64,000 nucleotides of DNA. It comes from an uncultured Gammaproteobacteria bacterium. GTDB taxonomy: Bacteria > Patescibacteriota > Microgenomatia > UBA1406 > GWC2-37-13. A model generated the notes under the pieces. The model did not search any database, had not been told where the DNA came from, and saw only the letters and a list, made by a program, of their open reading frames with translations. Shown piece after piece: positions 42,338 through 50,686 of this stretch. The stretch is from NCBI GenBank assembly GCA_964566425.1, contig CAZMIL010000003.1, positions 1,203 to 65,202 on the forward strand, given 5' to 3'. The position numbers and the translations under genes were made by a program. How positions within the stretch are numbered: position 1 is the first letter of the stretch; each line of letters begins with the position of its first letter.

Positions 42338-44502
42338 ATGACCGGCTTGCGTCCATACTTTTCTTTCGAAAGTTGAATAATTTTTACTCGGTTGTCATTT
42401 TTTAGATTGGGGAGGGGAAGAGTCTTGGCAGGAAAAGGAGCGGAGGTCATTCCGTCAATTGATAAGCGCATCACAACTTCAAATCTTCCCAGAGAGACAA
42501 GGTCGTTCTCGGAATAGACTTCGCCATACTCTTGGGTGAAAATTTTGGCGTCGCGCGCTCCCATAACAAAGGAAATCAGTGTTCCGACGTTACCAAAAAT
42601 AGCTTTTTGCACGTCTTCGGCGATCTGGTCGATATATTGGTTAGCCAAAGTCAACGACAGACGGTACTTTCTTGCTTCAGAAAGGATTTTAATAAATGAA
42701 TGAGTGGCAAAATTTTGGAACTCGTCGACATAGAGAAAAAAATCGCGTCGTTGTTCTTCATGCTGGTAAGCCCGCCCCATGGCCGCCAGTTGAATTTGAG
42801 TGATGATCATCGCTCCCAGCAGAGCTGCATTATCCTCGCCTAGTTTTCCTTGTGAGAGATTGAGAATCAAGATTTTTCCTTCGTCCATGATTTTTTCTAA
42901 ATCTATGGTGGATTTGGGATGGCCGATGATATTTCTGATCATTCGTGAAGACACAAATTGACCGACTTTATTTTGGATTGGAGAAATCGCTTCCGCCTTT
43001 AATTTATCCGGCATTTTGGCAAATTCTTTAATCCAAAAATCTTTCAACACAGAATCTTTGAGGTAGCCGATAGCTTTTTGACGAAATTTTTGGTCGGCTA
43101 GAAGGGATAAGACATCGACCAAAGTCGCATTCGGCACTTCCAGAAGAGTAAGAATAACGTTGCGTAAAATGTACTCAAGACGCGGCCCCCAACTATCTCC
43201 ATAGAGTTTGTAAAAAATGGAAACAATGCCGGAGGCGACCAGATCCTTGTGTTGTTTATGTTTTACCTCTAGGACGTTTAGTGCAAATGGACGGCCAGTA
43301 TCAAATGGTTCCAAATAAACTACATCGTTCATTCTGCGTTTGGGAATATAGTCAAGAATAGTATTGGAAAGATCGCCATGCGGGTCAATCAAACCCACGC
43401 CGCGGTCTTTCCGGATATCGTCGATAGCCATGTTTGAAATTAAAGTGGTTTTTCCAGCTCCGGTTTTCCCAATAATATAAATGTGTTTGCGCCGGTCGGC
43501 CGATTTAATCCCAAACGTGGCCTCCTTATTTTTAAACTCGGTTTGGGCAAAGAAATTGATGCCCTTTTTCTCTTGTTCACTTAGACCTTCTGCAACCGGC
43601 AGGTTTTCGGGCGGCTCCCCGGACAAAGTTTTACCCCAAGTGATGTTTTTGATTCCGGCTAAAAGATAACCGGGGGGATGCCAAATGGCTGCCAACTCCT
43701 GAGCGTTTAAAATCTGGTATTGGCGTTCAAAATACCACATTTTGCGCTCCTTAATACGTTGCAAGAGCCAATTTTTTAAGATATAACGCTTGTGAAAAGA
43801 GAATTGGTTGCCCTCGCCGAGCGAGAAACTACCAAAAGTCCCGGCCAAGTTGCGCAACATTGGCAAAGATTCTCCGGGCTTGTCTGAACCGACAATCAAG
43901 CGAATCCCAACTTTTCCGCCTTGAAAAGATGACTTTTTCATCATCAATAGCTGTTGCGGACTGCGAATATATTTCTGCGATACGGAATCGTAGCTTTGTT
44001 GTTTGGCCGCTGTCACCGCCCTACTTTGCCAAGGAAAGGAAGCCGGGGTAACAATGATTTGCACTGCTAAGCGAGCATGCTCATTCTGTTTAGAAAGGAA
44101 ACCAATCAGCGAAGAAAGCGGATCGACGTCTTTGAAATCAAGATAGGTTTTGATAGGTAGATAAAAACTGTTTGACAACACCGCCTCACCTAGTGAGATC
44201 TCTTTGGCTTTTAAAACAAGCCCCAAAGGATCAGAGGTATTGTTAAATAGTGATTGGTGGTAAGAAGAAGTAACCAAACTTTTGACAAAAGCTTCATTTT
44301 GGTTGAGGGTCGAAATGTAAAAATAGACAGTTTGTGAGAGGAGATAGATTTCGAAAGCAAAGGTTCTAGGTTTAACGAAAGTCCGCTTCCAAAATGGGAG
44401 ATAAGCTTGAGACAGGAGCGAAGCGAAAATCTGGGTGGCCGACTCGATTGGAGTTTCATCATCCTTGGGATTTCTGATCTGCAGATGAGATAGAGTAGCC
44501 AT
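42334..44502 (-). CDS. VirD4/TraD/TraG-like P-loop ATPase (type IV coupling-protein-like) with a ~330-aa unknown N-domain
   Basis: Walker A GKTGAGKTT, Walker B FFLYVDEFQNF and a C-terminal SEARKYRLSLTLANQY (TraG-D-like). Confidence 0.6.
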   Translation of the reverse strand: MATLSHLQIRNPKDDETPIESATQIFASLLSQAYLPFWKRTFVKPRTFAFEIYLLSQTVYFYISTLNQNEAFVKSLVTSSYHQSLFNNTSDPLGLVLKAKEISLGEAVLSNSFYLPIKTYLDFKDVDPLSSLIGFLSKQNEHARLAVQIIVTPASFPWQSRAVTAAKQQSYDSVSQKYIRSPQQLLMMKKSSFQGGKVGIRLIVGSDKPGESLPMLRNLAGTFGSFSLGEGNQFSFHKRYILKNWLLQRIKERKMWYFERQYQILNAQELAAIWHPPGYLLAGIKNITWGKTLSGEPPENLPVAEGLSEQEKKGINFFAQTEFKNKEATFGIKSADRRKHIYIIGKTGAGKTTLISNMAIDDIRKDRGVGLIDPHGDLSNTILDYIPKRRMNDVVYLEPFDTGRPFALNVLEVKHKQHKDLVASGIVSIFYKLYGDSWGPRLEYILRNVILTLLEVPNATLVDVLSLLADQKFRQKAIGYLKDSVLKDFWIKEFAKMPDKLKAEAISPIQNKVGQFVSSRMIRNIIGHPKSTIDLEKIMDEGKILILNLSQGKLGEDNAALLGAMIITQIQLAAMGRAYQHEEQRRDFFLYVDEFQNFATHSFIKILSEARKYRLSLTLANQYIDQIAEDVQKAIFGNVGTLISFVMGARDAKIFTQEYGEVYSENDLVSLGRFEVVMRLSIDGMTSAPFPAKTLPLPNLKNDNRVKIIQLSKEKYGRKPVI

Positions 44503-44508
44503 AATCTA

Positions 44509-47271
44509 TTATAAAACTAAAATTACGATAAAGGCTAGAGTTAACAGCCCGAAGCCGACATATTCCAAATACTGTGGCCAAAAAATCATCACAATGTTTT
44601 TTGCAGAGGGACTGTCTAGTTTCCAGCCATTTGCCCAATTATCGATCAAGACGTGGTCGGTTAATTCTTTTCCGTTTTGATAAGCTTTCCAACCAGGCTG
44701 ATACGATTGCCGAAGCAGGAGATAAGCTTGTTGCTGGTTGGATGATGAAGTTTGCATAGTTTTAAGCGCCATAATATCACTGTCAATCTCGGTAATTTTT
44801 ACTTGCGCTAGTTCATTGATGGCATCGTAATTTCCATAAGAAATATTGTCGATCGAGAGGTTATATCCCAGGCTGTTCTCCGACGGCGGGAGATAAAAAT
44901 AATCTTGTCCGAATTGTTTATTTTTAGAGAGTTCATCATATAGTGTGCACAAATTTGAATAAAGGTTTAAGAGACAGAATCTTAAAGGCATGCCGCTAAG
45001 ATTTTTAGAAGTAAAAGTGACAAAATAGCCTTTAGTATGCGGCAAACCGGATAGATCAAGATTGATTCCATTTTGGAAATTGTTAGTCTTCAAATAAATC
45101 GCTTTAGTTCCATTGTCATTAATCAACTTGAGTTGGAAACGATTTTTATTGAGAGAAAAAAGCGCGTCCGCATTCAAAGCTAATGTCCCCGCGCTTTTGC
45201 CGCTGTTGCTAAACTGATTAAACTTATTTGGACCAACGCGGTCGCTGACCTCGATCATACTACGGTAAGGGTAAACAACTGTTAACGGCGTTTGCAGGCT
45301 GTTAACAGTCAAATAATTACCATAACTCTCGTAGCCGTAATCGTTGAACCCCCAACGGTATGGTTGTAAATTAGCCTGTGGATAAATTATTTGGGAATAA
45401 GCAGGAACAGCTCCTCTGTACTTGAAAATTTGCAGCTTGCCAAACTGGCCGATTTTTGACAGACGTTGATCTTTTTCCAACTGCTTGATTAAAGCTTGAA
45501 TTTCCCGTTGATAAAGAATTTGTGGTCGATTTTTTTCATTATAGGTAATTACGCTTTGATCCCACAAAATATATTGGATATTGTATTTTTTCAAATCGTT
45601 AACAAAGTCTTGAGGACTGCGCGAGTAAATTGCAAAGTGGAATTCACGGAAAGCCTGTTCATTGGCAACACTCCAACGGTCGGAATCGCGATCAAGAATG
45701 GGCTGTTTTAAACCAAACCAAATAAAACCAGAGCCTTGGTATCCCCAGCGATAGTAATTCCAACCGGCAAAATTATAAACAGGAAGTGAAAGTACGGTTC
45801 CGTCGGGCTGCTTGTTCATAAAATCCCACATTTGCCAGTAGACCGCCGGAATTTTAATCCTAACTTTATCCGAAATGAGTCGTCCTTGGAAGAAAGGGAA
45901 ACTATAGATTATCAATCCGGCGATAAATATCAAAACACCTGTGAATAACCACCTGCTGCGGGTAATTTTCTCACTGATAAACCGCAAAAAAAGAGCCAAA
46001 TAAAGAGCGTAAGAAAAAATCAACAAGATCGAAAATTTAGTAAAAACAAAGCGTAGAGCCTCCTCCAATAATTTAAAAGACAACAACCAATTGAAAAGTC
46101 GATCAAAAGGAAAGGTATGATTCATCAGAAAAATAAACGGCAGGATAAAGAAGGGGAACAAGGAAAGAAAAGTTTTATTTTTACGCAGGAAAGAGAGAAT
46201 TATACCGAGAATCACCCCCACAAACAGCAAATAGCCGATTCCCGCCACGATCGGGTTATTGAGATATTGTCGCCAGTCATACATCAAATATTCGAAACGA
46301 TTTTTTTGAAAGTTATAAACAGTCCAGTTGAAATAAAAGCCTTTGCCCAAAGCAACGTCGGCAAGATAACCATTTTCTCGGTTACGCAAGCCGTATTCTT
46401 GCGAGTACAGACGGTTTTGTTTGGCTTCTCGATTGACAGTGGATGAGGTAAAAATATAATAGAGATTTGGCAACAGCCAGAACGAATTAATCAAAAGGGT
46501 TAAAACAATCAGAATTACTGACCTTTTTATTCTAATTATTCTGGTTTGTCCAGAATCTCGCTGAGCAGATTCCGGAGTTGCTTTACTCCCCAGAATGATA
46601 TAAACGACTAGGAAAAGAGCATAGGTCCCAAAGAAGGCATACCAAAGATGCGCAGCATAAGCTTGTGGTGTGGCCAACAGAGTAATCAATGAGAACAATA
46701 ATAGTGTTTTTCTGCCACCTTGCAAATATTTCAACGTTAGCAGGATGATCCATGGCAAAAAAGCATATTGAACAGTAAACATTTCAAAGGGGACAAAAAA
46801 TTGCTGCAAGGTTGAGAGATTAAAGAGATAAAAGAGAGCTGTTAAGAAGGCCACAATTCTGTCATTCTGAGTGGAGCGAAGAAGCCGCTTAAAATCTAGT
46901 CCTTCACTTCGTTCAGGGAGACGGCTAAACAAGTATTTGATTAGAGCATATACCCCCAAAGGACCGAGCAATAAGTTTATAAAAATATAGAAGTAGCGTA
47001 GGGTGTTTAAGGGAAGGATAAAATGCAATAGCCAAAGGATAACTACGCGTGGTAGATCGGCCATTTGACTGTGTCCGGGTAGCGCCCCCAGACCTTGTTC
47101 GCTATGCCAGACCGAAAGTAATCTTTGGAAATTGAGTCCGAAATTAAACTCCGGGTGCAGGGTATCCCAACCACTCAAGAATGTCCCGGCCTTGTAATTC
47201 AAAAAAGCAATGATCACGACAACAAGAGTTATAATTGCCTGCGGCCAATGTTTGTTCAGCCAGGTTTTCAT
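44509..47271 (-). CDS. Large polytopic membrane protein, putative GT-C-type glycosyltransferase
   Basis: 920 aa with about 15 TM in the N-terminal 500 aa and a soluble C-terminal half. Family not identified with confidence. Confidence 0.6.
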   Translation of the reverse strand: MKTWLNKHWPQAIITLVVVIIAFLNYKAGTFLSGWDTLHPEFNFGLNFQRLLSVWHSEQGLGALPGHSQMADLPRVVILWLLHFILPLNTLRYFYIFINLLLGPLGVYALIKYLFSRLPERSEGLDFKRLLRSTQNDRIVAFLTALFYLFNLSTLQQFFVPFEMFTVQYAFLPWIILLTLKYLQGGRKTLLLFSLITLLATPQAYAAHLWYAFFGTYALFLVVYIILGSKATPESAQRDSGQTRIIRIKRSVILIVLTLLINSFWLLPNLYYIFTSSTVNREAKQNRLYSQEYGLRNRENGYLADVALGKGFYFNWTVYNFQKNRFEYLMYDWRQYLNNPIVAGIGYLLFVGVILGIILSFLRKNKTFLSLFPFFILPFIFLMNHTFPFDRLFNWLLSFKLLEEALRFVFTKFSILLIFSYALYLALFLRFISEKITRSRWLFTGVLIFIAGLIIYSFPFFQGRLISDKVRIKIPAVYWQMWDFMNKQPDGTVLSLPVYNFAGWNYYRWGYQGSGFIWFGLKQPILDRDSDRWSVANEQAFREFHFAIYSRSPQDFVNDLKKYNIQYILWDQSVITYNEKNRPQILYQREIQALIKQLEKDQRLSKIGQFGKLQIFKYRGAVPAYSQIIYPQANLQPYRWGFNDYGYESYGNYLTVNSLQTPLTVVYPYRSMIEVSDRVGPNKFNQFSNSGKSAGTLALNADALFSLNKNRFQLKLINDNGTKAIYLKTNNFQNGINLDLSGLPHTKGYFVTFTSKNLSGMPLRFCLLNLYSNLCTLYDELSKNKQFGQDYFYLPPSENSLGYNLSIDNISYGNYDAINELAQVKITEIDSDIMALKTMQTSSSNQQQAYLLLRQSYQPGWKAYQNGKELTDHVLIDNWANGWKLDSPSAKNIVMIFWPQYLEYVGFGLLTLAFIVILVL
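46538..46556. repeat. Palindromic module attctgg-tttgt-ccagaat inside the 920-aa CDS
   Basis: 7-bp perfect stem with a 5-nt loop, the same design as 31115-31135. It encodes ...RDSGQTRI... Confidence 0.5.
46861..46916. repeat. GTCATTCTGA-anchored imperfect inverted repeat inside the 920-aa CDS
   Basis: gtcattctgagtggagcgaag ... cttcacttcgttcag. It encodes PERSEGLDFKRLLRSTQND. Confidence 0.45.
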
Positions 47272-47275
47272 ATAC

Positions 47276-47992
47276 TTATTTTGACAGATTGAGTCTTACA
47301 GTGGGGGCGATATCGTAAGGTGTAGAAACTAGTCTTTTGTAAAAGTTGAGGGTTTTATCAAGTTTTTTTTCTTGTTTGTGGTCGGTGCGTACTAGGGTTG
47401 CCGGTAAGAGAATGATCTGTTCCTCGGGAATAAACTGACTCAATTTTTTCTGCAATGAGGGCTTAAACAAGATGATGTTATTGGTTAGATTAGCGATTGA
47501 TTTATAAAAATATCCGAGAAAGAGATTAAAAAGTGTGCGTTCGAAAACGGCTTTCCAAGGCGTATTTTTGCGGATGCTCTTCTCACTCAAAACTTGGTGG
47601 AATTCGAAATAGACTCTCTTTTTGCTCAGCTTTAACCAAAAGAGAATAAGAGGAAGGACTAAATTATTAGTCAATTTTTTACCAAAAATTTTGAAATGAA
47701 ATTGGACTAAAATATGAGTGATTTTATCGTTTTTGACGATGTAGGGGACAAGTCTGAACAAAGAGAGGGGTTTGTTTTTCTCCCAGATGCGCTCGATGAT
47801 CAGATTTTTCTGCTCGGAATGACGTTGCCTTTTTCCATAGTGTTCGGCCAGAACCAATATCTGTTGCTTTTTAGCCAATTTTTTGAGGGCCTTTTGGCTG
47901 TCAAAGAGCATGTCGTGGGCGAAAGGGGAGATGACTAGCAAAGTTTCTTCGCTGTTTAGGTAGATTCTTTTTTTTGTCGTGCGTTTTTTCAT
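47276..47992 (-). CDS. Hypothetical protein (possibly a GT4-like N-terminal half)
   Basis: 238-aa ORF that contains gtcattccgagcagaaaaatc (minus-strand sense, about 47803-47823). Confidence 0.5.
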   Translation of the reverse strand: MKKRTTKKRIYLNSEETLLVISPFAHDMLFDSQKALKKLAKKQQILVLAEHYGKRQRHSEQKNLIIERIWEKNKPLSLFRLVPYIVKNDKITHILVQFHFKIFGKKLTNNLVLPLILFWLKLSKKRVYFEFHQVLSEKSIRKNTPWKAVFERTLFNLFLGYFYKSIANLTNNIILFKPSLQKKLSQFIPEEQIILLPATLVRTDHKQEKKLDKTLNFYKRLVSTPYDIAPTVRLNLSK

Positions 47993-47996
47993 ATTT

Positions 47997-48218
47997 TTAG
48001 TACCCTTTTTCTTTTAGACACTGTTCATAAACCTGTTTCACTGGATAGGAAACTATTGCTCCGTTGACGTCCTTGGTTTGATATTGAGAGCTCAGGGCAC
48101 AGTCTCCCATGGCTTTTAGTTTGAGAAAAGTATTAACTTTTTGTAAACCAAGCCACAGTGCAACCGCCAGTAAAACTAGCCAAAAGAGGTTAAAAATGAT
48201 TTTTTGTGCGTTGTTCAT
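47997..48218 (-). CDS. Small membrane-anchored protein
   Basis: 73 aa with an N-terminal TM and 2 Cys. Confidence 0.5.
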   Translation of the reverse strand: MNNAQKIIFNLFWLVLLAVALWLGLQKVNTFLKLKAMGDCALSSQYQTKDVNGAIVSYPVKQVYEQCLKEKGY

Positions 48219-48262
48219 ATTTCGCTCTACGTTCGAAATGTCATCCTGAACTTGTTTCAGGT
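48219..48262. repeat. Two adjacent palindromic modules abutting the ATG of 47997..48218
   Basis: atttcg-ctctacgtt-cgaaat (48219-48239), then gtcatcctgaa-cttgt-ttcagg (48240-48261). Confidence 0.55.
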
Positions 48263-48408
48263 CATGATTATTTCTCGACCGTATAGGGAAATACGGGAGC
48301 TAATGAATATTTTGATAACTGGCGGGCAAAAGCCAGCTGTCGAGAATTAATCTCGACTTAAATCAAAACTTCAAAAGCTCCCGACATCAGTCGGAGTATC
48401 TAGGAATT

Positions 48409-48487
48409 CCCAGGAGGGGGAGCGAGCTCAGGGTAACAGCCCCGGCCGAAGGGAGGATTTCCCCGTCGCTCGCTCCCCAAACCTGGG
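48409..48487. other. Long GC-rich hairpin (6 + 11 bp stem, 40-nt apical region)
   Basis: cccagg-ag-gggagcgagc... pairs with gctcgctcccc-aaa-cctggg. It lies between the stop of the 357-aa island gene and the AT-rich hairpin cluster. Function unknown. Confidence 0.5.
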
Positions 48488-48556
48488 TTGTGGAATCACT
48501 GAAGACTGTTATCTCTGTAACAGTTTTAACTCCAGCGATCCACGCTTAGGCGACGC

Positions 48557-49603
48557 TTACCGCGTGACAGTGGTCTTGAGCACGGCCAAGATGTCGGTCC
48601 CTGCGGACACGACGACCGTAGCGTTAACCACGTTGCACCCTTTGACGTCACCGCAGTTACCACCGGCGTTGGCGGGGTTTCCCGAGTTGAGAATTTCTCC
48701 CGGACGCGCCAGTGTTGGCATGTTCAGCATGTTCGCCGCGGTGTTGGAAACGAGTCCCCAGACTGCCTGATCGAGCTTGTCGCCGTTCCAGTAACGACCG
48801 GCAACGGTGAAACCGTTGTCAGCCATTTGGTTGCGCCAAGTGACAGTCTTGTCCATCACGTTGATCAACAGGAGGAGACAACCCTGGTTGCAGTTCATCC
48901 CCTGGAAGTTGTATCGAGCCGTGATCAGACGGTAGCTCCAACCTGGAACCACGAAATCGCAACGCATGTCCTGTTCGCAGAACGGGACGTTGGCAACTCC
49001 GTATTCGGCTCCGTTGCGCACGCTAAACGACGAAACATCCGGATTGGGGATGTTGGGATAAGTCCGCCAGTTAGCCGGCTCGGGATCCTGCAGCCGCTTG
49101 ATCCAAGTCAGAACGATCGGGTTCTTGGTCAGATCCTTCATCTGCTGGACCTGCCAACTACCGACGTTCCAAGTGGAAACAGGTTGCGGCATGGTTCCGG
49201 TGTCGCCAACCAACTGACCGTTGCCGTTGTCCGCGGGAGCAGGGGACTGCTCAGCCGGGCTCGGACTGACGTCACTGACGCTGTTGCCGACCTGACTGGG
49301 CGAGGGATCGACCTTCTGCTGTGAACCAGCAGTGTTGATATACTCAACCCTGGTTCCAGAAGGCCAATTCACTGCCACCACGAATGCAAGGAATACAACC
49401 GCAGCGGCGAGAATCGCCACCGATGGTGCGAGCCACTTGGAGATGGGGCTCTGAACGACCTTGACTTCGGTCTTACTGGTCCGCCTCGGCGTTGCCGGAC
49501 GGGATGCAGTTGACTTGCTTCCGCTCTTGCGCGGAGGATCTACCATTGCTTGTCTCCTTTCGATTTTCGGAGGGCGCATGAGACGTCGGTGTCGACGTGT
49601 CAT
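48557..49603 (-). CDS. High-GC hypothetical single-pass membrane protein (Arg-rich N-terminus, P/S linker, Cys-containing ectodomain)
   Basis: The ORF track gives 48557..49630. ATG 49603 (MTRRHRR) has a GGAAGGA SD 7 nt upstream. TM SVAILAAAVVFLAFVVAV. No family recognised. Confidence 0.7.
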   Translation of the reverse strand: MTRRHRRLMRPPKIERRQAMVDPPRKSGSKSTASRPATPRRTSKTEVKVVQSPISKWLAPSVAILAAAVVFLAFVVAVNWPSGTRVEYINTAGSQQKVDPSPSQVGNSVSDVSPSPAEQSPAPADNGNGQLVGDTGTMPQPVSTWNVGSWQVQQMKDLTKNPIVLTWIKRLQDPEPANWRTYPNIPNPDVSSFSVRNGAEYGVANVPFCEQDMRCDFVVPGWSYRLITARYNFQGMNCNQGCLLLLINVMDKTVTWRNQMADNGFTVAGRYWNGDKLDQAVWGLVSNTAANMLNMPTLARPGEILNSGNPANAGGNCGDVKGCNVVNATVVVSAGTDILAVLKTTVTR

Positions 49604-49837
49604 GACATTTCCTTCCTGCTTGTATGCCAACAGAGCACGACACTATTCAGTTCTGACTGTTTTAAGTCATCACCTCCTTCTTGACCGCGAAGAGACTCCG
49701 ATGACTTTCTTGCGGTCTCTAATATGGTAGCGCCGTCTGATTAGTCGCTCTTTTTTTCTCCTTTCTTCTTCTTCCGGATCTGGGCGTTGGTTCTTTCTTC
49801 CCATGGGCGGCCCCCTTACCGCACTTGCTGGTAGTTG

Positions 49838-50248
49838 TTATGAACTACCGCCGCCGGTGATCGGGAAGAAGCGTAGATCGACACGCTTGCAGCCTCTTTG
49901 GCACTGATCGAGACTTCTCATATCCCGACCAATCGAATCAACCAGTTGGCCAGTGATGCCGCCGCCGTACCTGAAGAGAACCTTGCATGTGCTCAGACAG
50001 TCGACGATCATGCCAGAGTTAGGGTCGGAATCCGGATGGATCCAATAACCTTTTCTTCCGGCAGGGCCGACTTCAACGTCGCCGAAGACCCGGCAGTCGG
50101 CCTTAACGATCACCTTGACGGGATGCTTTGGCTGGCTGGGAATCGAGCGATCGCCACAACGCGGGTTTGGCTTTTGCGCTTGGGCAATTGTAAAACTGCC
50201 AAAGAGCAGGCCGACTGCAACGAGAGCAACAAACCATTTGTACTTCAT
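49838..50248 (-). CDS. High-GC hypothetical secreted 6-Cys protein
   Basis: 136 aa with signal peptide MKYKWFVALVAVGLLFGSFTIAQA. An AAGGAGG SD lies 7 nt upstream. Confidence 0.7.
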   Translation of the reverse strand: MKYKWFVALVAVGLLFGSFTIAQAQKPNPRCGDRSIPSQPKHPVKVIVKADCRVFGDVEVGPAGRKGYWIHPDSDPNSGMIVDCLSTCKVLFRYGGGITGQLVDSIGRDMRSLDQCQRGCKRVDLRFFPITGGGSS

Positions 50249-50292
50249 CTGCCGTCCTCCTTTTTTGCGGGGCCGCGCGTCGGGGAAAACAG

Positions 50293-50397
50293 TCAGCAGG
50301 GTCGCTGAAGAACCACCACCAGGGCAGTTCCCAGTACCAGAGCAATCACAAGCAGAGCGAAGCTCAGCTTTGATTCTTTGGTAGGCAGCCGATGCAT
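50293..50397 (-). CDS. 34-aa single-TM sORF MHRLPTKESKLSFALLVIALVLGTALVVVLQRPC
   Basis: A GGAAAGGA SD lies 6 nt upstream of the ATG (50397-50395). Same strand as the island genes and 44 nt upstream of the next one. Not in the ORF track. Confidence 0.4.
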   Translation of the reverse strand: MHRLPTKESKLSFALLVIALVLGTALVVVLQRPC

Positions 50398-50628
50398 GAT
50401 TGTTCCTTTCCGGGCCGCGCGTTACAAATGACGATGCTCAGGCTCCTCTCTCAGGAAGGGGGAGAAGTAGAAGGCAACCCGAGCCGTCCCAACGTGCACG
50501 ATCTACTCCAGATTTACCTCATTTTCACCTCCTTTAGAAGCCTTGTGATATACAGGTCAGAGCTTGAATTTTCTGTAAAAATTGTTGATGCCAAAATCCA
50601 TTCTCCTTAAGCTAATAGGTTTCCTGTT

Positions 50629-50686
50629 ACTAGAGTTAGGGTCCTAGAGACGACCAGAGAGTCATCTCCAGAATCCTAACTCTAGT
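50629..50686. other. 58-nt hairpin with a 12-bp perfect outer stem
   Basis: actagagttagg (50629-50640) / cctaactctagt (50675-50686), with an inner 6/7 stem ctagaga/tctccag. On the plus strand it is followed by ttatttttcc. Confidence 0.5.

Noticed and set aside
48409-48487. The long hairpin as SRP RNA, 6S RNA, RNase P RNA or tmRNA
   Set aside because: I looked for the SRP domain IV core (AGG-UCC-GGAA-GGA-AGCAG), the RNase P GAGGAAAGUCC box and a tRNA-like GGTTCGAATCC...CCA end. None is present on either strand. It remains an unclassified structure.
48564-50610. Plus-strand and alternative-frame ORFs in the high-GC island (48564..48770, 48827..49324, 49461..49730, 49898..50308, 50103..50345, 50115..50384, 50392..50610)
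   Set aside because: High GC suppresses stop codons in all frames. Only the minus-strand set has SD sites, signal/TM features and non-overlapping packing.
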